Notes: generated from the sequence alone by a model not told the origin. A stretch of DNA of 64,000 bases from Chlamydiia bacterium (GCA_963804085.1 CAWDOQ010000016.1:32001-96000); one strand, 5' to 3'; positions 49,865-60,629 are shown, counted from the first letter of the stretch. Numbers and translations are program-made.

Positions 49865-51781
49865 TCACACTCCCAAAACCCGTTCCACAGGAATCAAGAC
49901 ACACCGCTGATTGACACCGGCCATTTTCACCTGGGCACTCCCGACTGCTCCTTCGATCCTTGCTAAAGGACTTCGGATGTCCAAGACAGCGTACTCCGTA
50001 TCCTTGAGCAGATGCCTCGTCACACTCTCACATCGAAGTGCCAAAAAATCTTTCGATTTGTGCATTACGATTTTCAGTCCGTGCCGCTCTAATTCATCAA
50101 CATAGCGCCCGGCTTTTTGTAGCATCTCCCCGACAGAAACCTTGTTGCCTTCGACATAAATAAGGCTCGCTAAAATCGTATCAAGGAGCTTATCACCGTC
50201 ATCTTCTGATTGAAGGGTCGCCCATCTTGGAAAAATATCCTCTATTCCCTCAGGGGCCGCTATCGCTAACAGCGCAGAAGCATACATGAAGTTTTCCACA
50301 GTACGAACCTCGATCCCCTGCTGCTCTTGTATGAATACCTGTCGATCTGCATTGATCTCTTGCGCCTTTGCCTCAATCTCAAGCCACGCAAGAATCATTG
50401 TCACCACGATTTTGGCTGCAATAACAGCCCCTTCTCCAACACCAAATCGTTCAAGAGGAGGCGAAGCATTCGTCAGCTTTTTCAGCTCAAATTTGATCAT
50501 CCTCGATTCCTGTGCTGCATCCTGCATGACCTTCTTAGGCAAATAGATCGACCCGAACCAAGGTATGTGATGCAAATGAAACCGATGTGCCTTATCAGAC
50601 CCCGTGCCGCTGGTTTTTTGACCACCTCGGTTGAAGAGTTTAGCCAGCTCAAGGATGTCTGGAATATGCTTATGCTTCTCGAACTCGTCGAACACGGGAA
50701 TGCGACCGCTGTTGCCGATGGTTTGGGCAGTAGCATGTGCCGTACTCTTATCCAAACGCTCAACTTGCCCGCCATAGATGCCCTGCAAAATGTCCTCGAA
50801 AAAAGTGGACTTGCCGGTTGACTTCGCCCCCGTTAGATAAATCCAAGGCCGCCAGGGCATGGCTTGTTGCATAATCGACAACATGACAAAAGCCGTTACA
50901 AAGGCACTCATTGATGGGTCTAACCAATTCCACTGTTTTACCCTGGCATAAATAAGACTGAAAACGCTCTTTAGGTCGCTCTGCTCCATTCGCATAGCCT
51001 CTTCAACTATTGACCAATTCAACCAAGACGCCCCTTCTGTTTCGATCAATTTACCTTCAAAGATAGGCTCTTCGAGATACTGCAACCGATTTCCTTCGAC
51101 AATGGCAGCTTTCTTGCCAGAGATAATCAACCACCTCTTATTGATGTACCAAACACCCGCTTTCAAAGGCGCCTGATCGTCGATAAATCCCTTCTTATGC
51201 GCCGTGTCGATCAGTTGGAGCTTGAGTGCCTTTTCTGCACCCTCCTCCCGAAACCATTCGGAATCGCCCCCAACGTAGAGCCGAAGTTCATCCTTGTTCA
51301 ACCTCCCTGCAGGAAGCGCTATGAGACGTCCATCCTTCCAAATCAAAATCTCGCGTTGGGCATTATGGCCAAGGACATAGAAAGGTAGCTTGACCTCCGT
51401 CTCTTCAGCCATCTCAAGCAACCGCACACTATTCCGCAGCTCTATGATTTCTTCCATCAAAACACCCTGCTCTTTGTCGCGGACATCCAATTGTTCCGAC
51501 CTCATTTTTACGTCAGGGTCTTCTAGAGAAAGTCCTCTTGCCTCCATCTCGCGTTCAAAGGCCGTGCGATCAACGAGCAAGGCGGTAGATTCAACGTAAT
51601 GCCTCTTCTCCAAGATATCGATTTGCGTCCATACTTTGTCCGCTTGTTGACCTCTCTCATCCTTGCAAAAATAGTCATCCTGAAAAGACGTTAAGGTAAC
51701 ACCAATGTGCTTCTCATTTAAAAATGCTTCAATCGTCTCTTTAGTCCTCGAGGGACAGCTCCACGCTCCTGCTGCCATCAT
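49865..51781 (-). CDS. Replication helicase/primase-associated P-loop ATPase; N-terminus probably extends to 51920 across a frameshift
   Basis: WRPWIYLTGAKSTGKST Walker A; PVFDEFE Walker B; ESR arginine-finger-like. Confidence 0.7.
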   Translation of the reverse strand: MMAAGAWSCPSRTKETIEAFLNEKHIGVTLTSFQDDYFCKDERGQQADKVWTQIDILEKRHYVESTALLVDRTAFEREMEARGLSLEDPDVKMRSEQLDVRDKEQGVLMEEIIELRNSVRLLEMAEETEVKLPFYVLGHNAQREILIWKDGRLIALPAGRLNKDELRLYVGGDSEWFREEGAEKALKLQLIDTAHKKGFIDDQAPLKAGVWYINKRWLIISGKKAAIVEGNRLQYLEEPIFEGKLIETEGASWLNWSIVEEAMRMEQSDLKSVFSLIYARVKQWNWLDPSMSAFVTAFVMLSIMQQAMPWRPWIYLTGAKSTGKSTFFEDILQGIYGGQVERLDKSTAHATAQTIGNSGRIPVFDEFEKHKHIPDILELAKLFNRGGQKTSGTGSDKAHRFHLHHIPWFGSIYLPKKVMQDAAQESRMIKFELKKLTNASPPLERFGVGEGAVIAAKIVVTMILAWLEIEAKAQEINADRQVFIQEQQGIEVRTVENFMYASALLAIAAPEGIEDIFPRWATLQSEDDGDKLLDTILASLIYVEGNKVSVGEMLQKAGRYVDELERHGLKIVMHKSKDFLALRCESVTRHLLKDTEYAVLDIRSPLARIEGAVGSAQVKMAGVNQRCVLIPVERVLGV

Positions 51782-51984
51782 GCCAATGACAACCGGCCGC
51801 CTTTAAATCATCCTTTACCACCTTTAAAGCCTTCACTGCCCCTTTCTTAGGTTGGATCAAAAAGGCCTTTGCCGATATTGGGTCTGGTGGTGTATCCGTA
51901 GGTGTAGTATTATTGGTCATTAAAAATCTCGTTCTTGTGGTTGATAAAAGTCCCTCCCAAGTTGACGCTTGGGAGGAACAAGGC

Positions 51985-52146
51985 TTAAAGTCCTAAGATT
52001 TCAGCCACTTTGCGCGCTTCAGTTTCGTACTTTTCTGGGCACTGACTGAGGCGCTTTTTTTGCCATTCGTATTCGATCCAGACACTTTTACGAGTGCTGT
52101 GCACAACCCGATTGTATCTTGATCTTTCCTGACATTTCCTTAGCAT
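51985..52146 (-). CDS. Small hypothetical protein (53 aa, below the ORF-track cutoff)
   Basis: SD ggagg; MLRKCQ...WIEYEWQKKRLSQCPEKYETEARKVAEILGL*. Confidence 0.5.
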   Translation of the reverse strand: MLRKCQERSRYNRVVHSTRKSVWIEYEWQKKRLSQCPEKYETEARKVAEILGL

Positions 52147-52411
52147 CCTCTACCTCCTTTATGGGCATATTGGTTTTGAGTTGAGAAAGACGAGCCAAAC
52201 AGGCATCCCATGCAACCTGATCGATAAGAACCCGTCTGTGATATCTGAGAATAGCGGAGGCAAAAGGACTTTGCGCCCCTTGTTGAACGATGGCACGCAC
52301 TGCGTGCTCGCTAGAAGGCCATGCCCCCGTCTCACGGTTTTTTTGGCAAAACTCGCGTACAGTGCGAACGATTTTGTTATTGGTAATTTCTAATGTTTGA
52401 ATTGTTGTCAT
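52088..52411 (-). CDS. Putative excisionase-like DNA-binding protein
   Basis: TVREF...WPSSEHAVR...RRVLID winged-helix-like pattern; position within the element. Confidence 0.55.
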   Translation of the reverse strand: MTTIQTLEITNNKIVRTVREFCQKNRETGAWPSSEHAVRAIVQQGAQSPFASAILRYHRRVLIDQVAWDACLARLSQLKTNMPIKEVEDAKEMSGKIKIQSGCAQHS

Positions 52412-52713
52412 TACACGCTCCTTTATTTGATTTTTCCGCGTATGCCCTCATTTTACTTATTTTAGGCCAGCGGCAAAGGAGTCGTCTAAAAATAGACGTT
52501 TAAATAGGAGGGGATTGCATAGAGAGGAAAATTTTTATAAAAAATCCCCTCTTCTAAATTTAAACACCCCCCTCTTCGATAGAATAGCCTTTCTTGAAGC
52601 CTAGGCAACGACCGTTTTCCCAATGACGAGGATCGGTTGCTTTGGCCGCTTTAGCATAACGAGAAGACACATCACGGTACAAGTCGAATACCACGAGCTT
52701 TAACCTCTTTATT

Positions 52714-53844
52714 CTATGCGCTGATACTATATTTCGCGATTTCGTTCTGAGAGAGGTTCTTTAGCGCTTGCAACGGAACGTTCTGTACGGCCTGACGCCA
52801 AATTTCCTTGCCAATGGAAAAAAGCACTTTTTGATCGGCTTCTTCTTTCCACGTATGACCATGCGACTTTTTAGCGACATCGGATGAAGCTGGCTCTACA
52901 CTCTCTTGCGAAGTAGATTGTGTTGTTGCTGCACCCGTCTTCGTTCTCTCTGAAAAGAAAAAGAATTGATTGATGACAATATTGACCTGTATGGGAGATT
53001 TTCCATCGTTCGGTGTATCAAACTCAAGCCTTTGCTCGAGCATATACAGAAACCGATCTATCCATTTGATCAATTCGACAATGGATAGAGGATGCTTCCT
53101 AGAGTCGGGCGATCTGAATGCGCTGAGGTAATACCCTACAGTAGCTTGGTATTGCCTCTCCTCCAATTGGAGTAGATTTTTTGGCAAACTATCGATAGTC
53201 GGTCGAGCTGGTAGTGTAAGAGGGGTGAACGTTGGATAGAGAGATAATATTTTCAAAAATCGAAGTAGGCACGGTAGAGAAGTATCCGCCTTTTCTTTCC
53301 ATTGGCGCAACTGTTGATCAGGAGGAAGTGAGTTAAGGCTCTTGTCCACATAATCGGGCCAATCAAAAACCTCCACAGAGCAACCACGCTTTTTCTCGGT
53401 CCGCATCCAACCTTCGAATAGGAGGCAATTTTTTTCTTCTTTGGCAACTTCCGAATACAAGTGTCTGAGTTGAAAAAGAAGGCTGCCAGCATAGCCATTG
53501 GCATTAAGAGACAGGGTATGAAAGTTGAGCAGCGCGTTTACATCAGCCATTGCAAATGAGTCAGGCGCCCATTTGACGTGCGGCAACAAAATTTTGATTT
53601 TCTCATGGAACCATGCCACGGCTTTTTCGAGATTTTCAAAAGCAATGCGATCTTCTTCTGCTAGCTCGGTTTCTGCGGAAGCTATGATACAATCGATATG
53701 GGGCTGGCGGCGAACCTTTGCAATGAGAACCCCGAGATGGGTTAGCGCCCCTCCAATCGTTTCCGAGGTTTTGATGAGGTTGAATTCCGTAGAGATCGCA
53801 TCTCGTAAACAGCGCCTATCCTTTTGCTTCGCTTCCATTGCCAC
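52714..53844 (-). CDS. Hypothetical protein coupled to the integrase
   Basis: 376-aa ORF starting 2 bp after the integrase stop. Confidence 0.55.
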   Translation of the reverse strand: MAMEAKQKDRRCLRDAISTEFNLIKTSETIGGALTHLGVLIAKVRRQPHIDCIIASAETELAEEDRIAFENLEKAVAWFHEKIKILLPHVKWAPDSFAMADVNALLNFHTLSLNANGYAGSLLFQLRHLYSEVAKEEKNCLLFEGWMRTEKKRGCSVEVFDWPDYVDKSLNSLPPDQQLRQWKEKADTSLPCLLRFLKILSLYPTFTPLTLPARPTIDSLPKNLLQLEERQYQATVGYYLSAFRSPDSRKHPLSIVELIKWIDRFLYMLEQRLEFDTPNDGKSPIQVNIVINQFFFFSERTKTGAATTQSTSQESVEPASSDVAKKSHGHTWKEEADQKVLFSIGKEIWRQAVQNVPLQALKNLSQNEIAKYSISA

Positions 53845-53846
53845 TC

Positions 53847-54911
53847 CTAATTCAATAAATTTGCCTGTGTGCGTTCCATCACGTTTGCGATGTGCTTTTG
53901 GCTATAGTGGGCATACCGCCTAGTCATTGTCGGCGTTTTATGTCCCAGAATGGCCATTAATTCCCCTTGCGTCGCGCCACTCATTGCTAAAAAAGACGCA
54001 GCAGCATGCCTGAGGTCGTGAAACCGAAAATTTGGAATTTTTGCTCGATGAAGAGCTTTTACAAACGCATTCCGAATGTCTACCAACCCTGATCGATTGG
54101 TTGGACTGGTCGGTTTGAAAATTAGACCAGATGCTATATCGGTCTTCTGCCAATTGACCAAAATCTTTTCTACCGTATCAGTTAAAGGGAGAATTCTTCT
54201 TTCCCCATTTTTTGTTTTTTCAAGAGTGATAGTCCGATTCTGACGATCGACGTCTTCCCACTTCAATCCAACAATTTCTCCAAATCGCATGCCTGTCAAA
54301 AGCGCCAAAGAAACAATAGGAAAAAGATGGGGATTAGGGGAAAGCTTGCATTCTTGTAAAAGACGATCTTTCTCCTCTAAACTAAGAAGACGATTCCTTC
54401 CATTCCCTTCAGATGGCTTTGAGACTTTTCTCATGGGGGTATCATCAATCCAGCCCCACTCTTTCATCGCAATAGTCAAAGCCCTGGAAAAAGCAGCTAA
54501 ATATCGATTCACCGTCGCTGGGTTTCGTAATTTTTGCCTAGTAGTGACCTCCGAGAGCAAAGCATCTCTCGCTTCAGCGATAACGGCTGGAGTTAAATCC
54601 GCTAGGAGCAAATGGCCAAGCCTCTCTTTCCACCAAGCAAGATAAGCCGTTTGTCTCACTACCCTATCAGGAAACTGTGGCAACCACTGAGAAATGAATC
54701 TATCTATTAAATCTTTAACTGTGTGCTTTTTGGCTTCGGCGATTCGAAAATGCCTACCGTCTCGAATCGACGATTCCGTGTCTTGAATCCATTTCTTTGC
54801 TAATGTCCTGGTTCGGAAATTCTCCCTTTGAGGAGGGTAACCTTTTAGGCGGACTTCTGCATGGTAAGTGATTGTTCCGTCGTCCTTCTTGTACTCCCGA
54901 ATTGTTGCCAT
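53847..54911 (-). CDS. Tyrosine recombinase/phage integrase
   Basis: TGMRFGE, KTKNG, HDLRH and LGHKTPTMTRRY catalytic residues. Confidence 0.93.
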   Translation of the reverse strand: MATIREYKKDDGTITYHAEVRLKGYPPQRENFRTRTLAKKWIQDTESSIRDGRHFRIAEAKKHTVKDLIDRFISQWLPQFPDRVVRQTAYLAWWKERLGHLLLADLTPAVIAEARDALLSEVTTRQKLRNPATVNRYLAAFSRALTIAMKEWGWIDDTPMRKVSKPSEGNGRNRLLSLEEKDRLLQECKLSPNPHLFPIVSLALLTGMRFGEIVGLKWEDVDRQNRTITLEKTKNGERRILPLTDTVEKILVNWQKTDIASGLIFKPTSPTNRSGLVDIRNAFVKALHRAKIPNFRFHDLRHAAASFLAMSGATQGELMAILGHKTPTMTRRYAHYSQKHIANVMERTQANLLN

Positions 54912-55247
54912 GATCCTCCAGATGCAAATGGATCATTCTAGAAAACACTGGAATAAACAGCAACAAGAGACGAATATTCTCACAGCCTTCAAGATGCATA
55001 TACCTGATATTCAATGATAAATAGATATTGCTATGTGCTGATTACGCACTTATTACGCATTACAAGAATGTTTTACCATGTCCTATCGCAAGGATTCCAG
55101 AGGGAGATGCTAAATCTCCGAAAAACGAGTTGTTAAAATTCCTATCCTTGTATACCATCGTATTTAGCTGTTTTTGAGACACTTACAATATTTTGTGTTA
55201 AACTTTTAACGCTACGGATGTTAAAGACCGAAGGGAAGGGATGTTAA

Positions 55248-56405
55248 ATGACAAAGGCCGAATTTAAACACTATGACTTGACTTTGGTAGAGCCTACTTT
55301 TGACTCTCCTCTAACAGACCTTATTATCGATTTGAACCATCTTCGGAAAAAACGTTTAGATGGGACGACTCCTTCCCAGGTTTTTTTCAATCTCAAGAGC
55401 ATTTTCCATATGCTGGAGAGTATCGGCTCGGCGCGCATCGAGGGAAATAACACTTCGCTTCTTGAGTATATAGAGACCAAGCTGGAAGAGAAGGTTGATG
55501 TGCCTATGGGAGTCAAAGAGATCCAAAACATCGAAAGTGCCATGGATTTCATTGAAAACAACGTAAAAAAGCATCCGATCAATCGAGCTTTTGTCAGCGA
55601 AATTCATAGGATGGTTGTCGAGGGATTACCCACTTCGCCAAAGGGAGAGGGGGATAAAACTCCAGGTCAATACAGGAAGTCAAATTTACAAATCACAAAA
55701 TCTAAGCATCTACCGCCAGAGTGGGTACTCGTTGATGAATATATGAATGAATTATTCGACTTCATCAATCAGGACAGCGGCGCAAAATTCGATCTGTTAA
55801 AAACAGCGATTGCTCACCATCGATTCGTATGGATACATCCATTTGGCAATGGCAACGGACGGACAGTACGTTTATTCACTTACGCAATGTTGATCAAGCT
55901 CGGCTTCAATGTAAACGTAGGGAGAATCATCAATCCTACGGCCGTTTTCTGTAATCACCGAAATAATTACTACAAGTATCTCGAGCAGGCTGATACTGGA
56001 GAAAAATCGGGCATTCTGGCTTGGTGTGAATACGTACTCCGTGGTCTAAAAGAGGAGATCGAAAAAATCGACAAGCTTCTCGACTATGACTATCTGGCCA
56101 AGGAAATTTTGGTGCCCACAATCAACTATTCTCTCGAAAGAAAGTATATCACAGATGTCGAAGCAAAAATATTGAAAATGGCTGTCGAGAAAAAAATGAT
56201 CCAATCGAGTGACTTAAAAGAGATCTTTCAAGGAAAACACGGCGCAGAACTATCCCGACAAATCAAGAGGCTTGTGGATAAGAAAATGCTTCAACGCATC
56301 GGCTTCAAAGACTACGTCATCAGTTTCGGCGACAACTACCTGCTTCGGGGCATCATGAAGGTGCTGGGAGAAAAGGATTTTCTGCCTCACCTTGATGGAA
56401 AATAG
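55248..56405 (+). CDS. Fic family protein with N-terminal inhibitory motif
   Basis: SARIEGN and HPFGNGNGRTVR motifs. Confidence 0.88.
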   Translation: MTKAEFKHYDLTLVEPTFDSPLTDLIIDLNHLRKKRLDGTTPSQVFFNLKSIFHMLESIGSARIEGNNTSLLEYIETKLEEKVDVPMGVKEIQNIESAMDFIENNVKKHPINRAFVSEIHRMVVEGLPTSPKGEGDKTPGQYRKSNLQITKSKHLPPEWVLVDEYMNELFDFINQDSGAKFDLLKTAIAHHRFVWIHPFGNGNGRTVRLFTYAMLIKLGFNVNVGRIINPTAVFCNHRNNYYKYLEQADTGEKSGILAWCEYVLRGLKEEIEKIDKLLDYDYLAKEILVPTINYSLERKYITDVEAKILKMAVEKKMIQSSDLKEIFQGKHGAELSRQIKRLVDKKMLQRIGFKDYVISFGDNYLLRGIMKVLGEKDFLPHLDGK

Positions 56406-56551
56406 AAGATTTTTCGAGAAAATTTTACTCCAGTTTCACCCTATTGAGTGCGTAAAAATTGCGTAAATGAATGGCATGAAATTTCGAGTTGAGTTGTCTA
56501 TGGAAAATAAATAGATACAAAAAAGCGTTCGATTCTCTCCACCTCCAATCG

Positions 56552-56583
56552 AAAAGGCTAGGCCCACAGGCCTAGCCTTTTTT
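56552..56583 (+). terminator. Intrinsic terminator after attR (probably the pre-insertion ssrA terminator)
   Basis: aaaaggctaggcc...ggcctagcc followed by tttttt. Confidence 0.7.
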
Positions 56584-56800
56584 ATTGGAGGCGAGCAAGC
56601 GAACAGTTTGGCTCGCGAGAAAATCGAGTTCAGCTCGATGTTTTGCCTTGCAAAACCGAAGCGAAAGATCCGCCAGCCGGAAGACTAAGGGGCAACCGCC
56701 CCGAGCGCGAGGGCTTTCCTTAAAGTCAAAAATCAGAATGCAAAATGAGAAGTAAGCCCGGGAAAAGATTGGCCTGTTTAACGATTAGAATAACAATTTA

Positions 56801-57078
56801 AGGCCCGAAGGGCTGCAATACCATAGCCCAGGTCGAAGCGCAGCGGAGGCCTGGGTTTCGGAAAAGTTTATCGAACCATTTTTAGGCCCGAAGGGCTGCA
56901 ATACCACGAGGTCGTAGCGCAGCGGAGGCCGGGATTCGAAAACCTACTTGAGTTGGAGGACGGTATTTTTAATCGATAAGATGAAAATGCTGTCTTAACA
57001 GGACTCCAGATGGATTATTTGTAAACGAGACTTTCGCTGTGCTTCAACCTGGGCTATGATATTATAGCTCTTTGGGCC
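56801..57078. repeat. Second REP/REPIN-like repeat family
   Basis: aggcccgaagggctgcaata at 56801, 56884 and 58147; degenerate inverted copy ending at 57078. Confidence 0.7.
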
Positions 57079-57269
57079 GAAAAACAGGAATCTTTTCTGC
57101 TAAACGGGGAGCTAATTTAAGAAAATTCCTAGTTTTTTCAAGTCAAAGCTTCGAATGGAAAAGGAAAAAGTAAAGCCCAGGCCATTGGAGATAAAATATT
57201 TTAATAGTTATAAAAAAACCGCCTTCAGTAAAAGACAAAGGCAGAAATTTTAATTAATCAGAGAAAATT

Positions 57270-58145
57270 ATGACGTCGATTGTAAAAAACAGTTCAAAAT
57301 TAGCATGGAACGGAATGTTTCAAAAAGTTGGGCACGATATCGATCGGATCGTGACCTCTTATTTGGACGAAAAAGGTTTGAATGTAGCACTTACTGTATG
57401 CAAAAGATGGAGAGACAACACCCCTTTGGCTTCGTTGAAAAAGCGCTGCATCGTCGAATGGCGCAAAGACCAAGCCGCCATTGCCGCTGGTTGCGATGAA
57501 TTGCTAGTCAAATTCTTACGTAGAAATCACATCTGCTTCTGGGACCTGCCTCTTCATCCACACGATTGCTGGCCTACGTAACGACCAAATTGATATGCCG
57601 ATAATCAACAACACGTCTTGTTCAATTGCCAAAGTCTACAGTCGCGCAAGGGATAGTGTGGGGCTCATACTTGCTCTACAAAGCAAAAAAAGCGGGGTGT
57701 TGTAGCGGACCTCTGGAATTTGTCCGCCATCTTGAGAAACTATCGATAGGACATCCACATTATTATCTCCAGGAAAGATCGAACCAGAACCAATATTGAA
57801 CTCCCCCCTCTAGTTTATATAATGCCAGTCAGCCATTTGATGAGATTTACCGCGCATCGCACAGCCTCGAATGACGGCCCGATTTATTTAAAATGGTACG
57901 GTAGCTCTTCTTCGTGCCATTGCTCCTCTTTATCCGACACAAACCAGGAAATTGGCCTTGCTAACAGAGTAATGCACGTTTTGCCCGAAAATTCACCGCC
58001 GATCCCAGACGCTATCCCGCTCTTCCTCCCACGGTCAACCAGCTCTACCACTTTTACCAAGAAAAACATCGTTGCCATCTTGCTTGTCTTATGCCTTGCG
58101 AGCTTCATCCGGTTCCATTGGAATCTTTCCAGAGAAGATTTGTAA
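57270..58145 (+). pseudogene. Fragmented paralog of 59745..60629
   Basis: Near-identical N- and C-terminal segments, interrupted by frameshifts. Confidence 0.75.
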
Positions 58146-58605
58146 AGGCCCGAAGGGCTGCAATAACATAGACCAGGTCGAAGCCTGGGTATTCTCGAAA
58201 ACCCATCTTGAGTCCGGCAAGAGCCACTTGCAAGAATATCTTGCCCCAGAAAAATCGAAGATTTTGAGTCGGTTTGCCGGGGCTGCAAAGCAGCCAGAAT
58301 CCCGCTATTGGGACATACTCGATGAAGAGTAGGACCCCATGGCGGCACGGGAAATGGCTCAAAAGGGCGATTTCGCTGCGGCGGGAATTTTGGAAGTGGC
58401 TCTGTAAGGACGGCATTTCTAATCTCATAGATACTTTTCATCATAATCGACTTGCGCTCGAGCAACATGTTCAAAAAGGCCCGTTCCATTTTCCGTTCAT
58501 TTTTCGCTCTCAAAGTCATTCTTCCATACTTTTCACGCCTAAAAATGTCTTGCAACTCACACAATTTTTGAATATTCTGTGGGGCAACTAAAATAGGGAG
58601 TTGAA

Positions 58606-59678
58606 ATGGATAAAGTTTTTCGTTTTTTTGCGGGCGCGTTAACTATCATTGCATGCGCAGGATTTGCGGAATCTGCTCAGAATCCAAAGATAGATTGTTG
58701 TAAAGCTAGCTGTCCTTCTATTAGGCCTGATCTTAAATGCGATGTGGGGATTTCATTCTCCTCCGATTTTCTCTATTGGCAAACGAGCCAAACTGGGAAC
58801 TGGTATGGCCAGGTTGCTAATTTCCATACGTCGATTCCGAACCCAGCCGGCGGCGACAACAATTTTTTTGGTGATTACAAGAACCCCAAATATAAATTCG
58901 ATCCAGGAGTACGCGTTTCTTTGGGATTTAGACCGCACTATGATCACTGGCAAATCGACTTTGTCTGGACTCACATGAATTCGAAAGCTTTGGGATTTTC
59001 TGATCTCCCTGGGCATTTGAAACCTCGGTCATAATCCCGAATCCTCTTTTTTTCGTTCCTCAAATTCTTAACAATAACAGCGTGAACGCAAACGCTATCT
59101 GGAGATCTAACTACAATACGATCGATTTGGATATCAACAGAGAGATTCCCTTGGGTAAATATTTTGGACTCAAAGGCCACTTTGGTCTTAAAAATCTATG
59201 GCTCAATGAAAAATATCATATTTTTGCCCTCGCCGCTTACACAGCTGAACTTCCCGAACCACTCTTTGTCGTCAATTCCGAATCCAATATGGTGCAAAAG
59301 ATCTGGGGAATAGGTCCTATGGTTGGTTTGGACTCGTATTGGAAGGTCTATAAAGGGTTCAATCTGTTCGGAAAAGCTGCGGTTTCTCTGGTATGGAGCC
59401 ATGTCAAATCTACTGTTTTGGGACAATTTTTTAATGGAACCGAGCCCGTTGTCGTTACAGCTATGACCTCAAATTTCCACACTGTTTTACCTGAGATCGA
59501 TCTAATTGTAGGCGGAGAATACGATATCAACTTTTGCGACAACAGATATCACCTAACTCTCCGGGCCGGATGGGAATTGATCACTCTATTCAATGCAAAC
59601 TTTCTGGGAGCTTCCTACAGTTCACTTGGCGATTTCAACATGAGCGGATTGACTACTGGCTTCATCTTTAATTTCTAG
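58606..59678 (+). CDS. Lpg1974/MOMP-like porin split by a frameshift near 59012
   Basis: FLYWQ and FDPGVRVSLG in frame 1; GIGP, GWE and terminal FNF in frame 2. Confidence 0.75.
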
Positions 59679-59744
59679 AGAGTGTAGTAGACCCGCTTTT
59701 CAGCAAAATACAAAGTGCGAATTTTTAATTAACCTGAGAAAATT

Positions 59745-60629
59745 ATGGCGTCGATTGTAAAAAACAGTTCAAAATCAGCTTGGGATGGAATGTTTCAAAA
59801 AGTCGGGCACGATATTGATCGGATCGTGACCTCTTATTTCGACGTAAAAGATTTGAATGTACTTGCTGTATGCAAAAGATGGAAAGATAACGCCTCTTTG
59901 GCTTCATTGAAAGGGCGCTGTATTCTCGAATGGCGCAAAGACCAAGCCGCCATTGCTGCTGGTTGCAATGAATGGCTAGTCCAATTCTTACGTGGAAATA
60001 ACATCTGCTTCTGGGATCTACCTCTTCATGCACACGATGGCTCTCCCCTACCCAAGACGAAAATTGATATGCCGATAATCAACGGCACATCTTGTTCAAT
60101 TGCCCAATTCAGAAATGGAAGGGATCTTGTGGGGCTCGTGTTTGCTCTACAAAGCAAAAAAAAGGGGTTTATTTTAGCGGACCCTCTGGGATTTGTCAGC
60201 CGCCGTCGTTACGAAAAATTTAAATTGCAATTCACATTACTCTCTCCAGAAAATATTGAACCAGGAACCAACATTGAGAATCCCCTTCAAGTTTATATAA
60301 TGCCAGTCATGGGGGGGACGAGAATGATGATGAAATTTACCGCGTACCACACAGCACCGTGTTGTTTAGATGTTAGTTCTTTAGATGCTTGGGAAGCTCT
60401 TGACGCCATTGCTCCTCTTTTATCCAACACACACCAGGAAATTGGCCTTGCTAACAGAGTAATGCACGTTTTGCCCGAAAATTCACCGCCGATCCCAGAC
60501 GCTATCCCCCTCGTTCTTCCACGGCCAACCAGCTCTACCACTTTCACCAAGAACAACATTGTTGCCATCCTGCTTGGCTTATGCCTTGCGAGCTTCATCC
60601 GGTACCTTTGGAATCTTTCCAGAGAGTAA
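59745..60629 (+). CDS. F-box-like protein with C-terminal TM anchor
   Basis: DIDRIVTSYFDVKDLNVLAVCKRW; hydrophobic C-terminus. Confidence 0.6.
   Translation: MASIVKNSSKSAWDGMFQKVGHDIDRIVTSYFDVKDLNVLAVCKRWKDNASLASLKGRCILEWRKDQAAIAAGCNEWLVQFLRGNNICFWDLPLHAHDGSPLPKTKIDMPIINGTSCSIAQFRNGRDLVGLVFALQSKKKGFILADPLGFVSRRRYEKFKLQFTLLSPENIEPGTNIENPLQVYIMPVMGGTRMMMKFTAYHTAPCCLDVSSLDAWEALDAIAPLLSNTHQEIGLANRVMHVLPENSPPIPDAIPLVLPRPTSSTTFTKNNIVAILLGLCLASFIRYLWNLSRE

Larger units (their letters stand above)
46167..56548. mobile_element. Integrative element (phage-satellite/IME-like) in the ssrA 3' end
   Basis: 22-bp direct repeat gttcgattctctccacctccaa at 46167-46188 and 56527-56548; tyrosine integrase inside. 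Confidence 0.9.

Noticed and set aside
49555..49914. ORFs of 119 and 71 aa
   Set aside because: No motifs; better explained as the non-coding ori-like region
56527..56548. Possible tRNA
   Set aside because: Only the T-loop/acceptor fragment is present; it is the attR copy of ssrA
46167..56548. Complete prophage or ICE
   Set aside because: No structural, lysis, large terminase, relaxase or conjugation genes
56790..57080. Possible CRISPR array
   Set aside because: Only 2-3 degenerate repeats, one inverted, with related spacers and no cas genes
57884..58591. ORFs of 226, 107 and 105 aa
   Set aside because: Antisense to the F-box paralog and repeats; no recognisable motif
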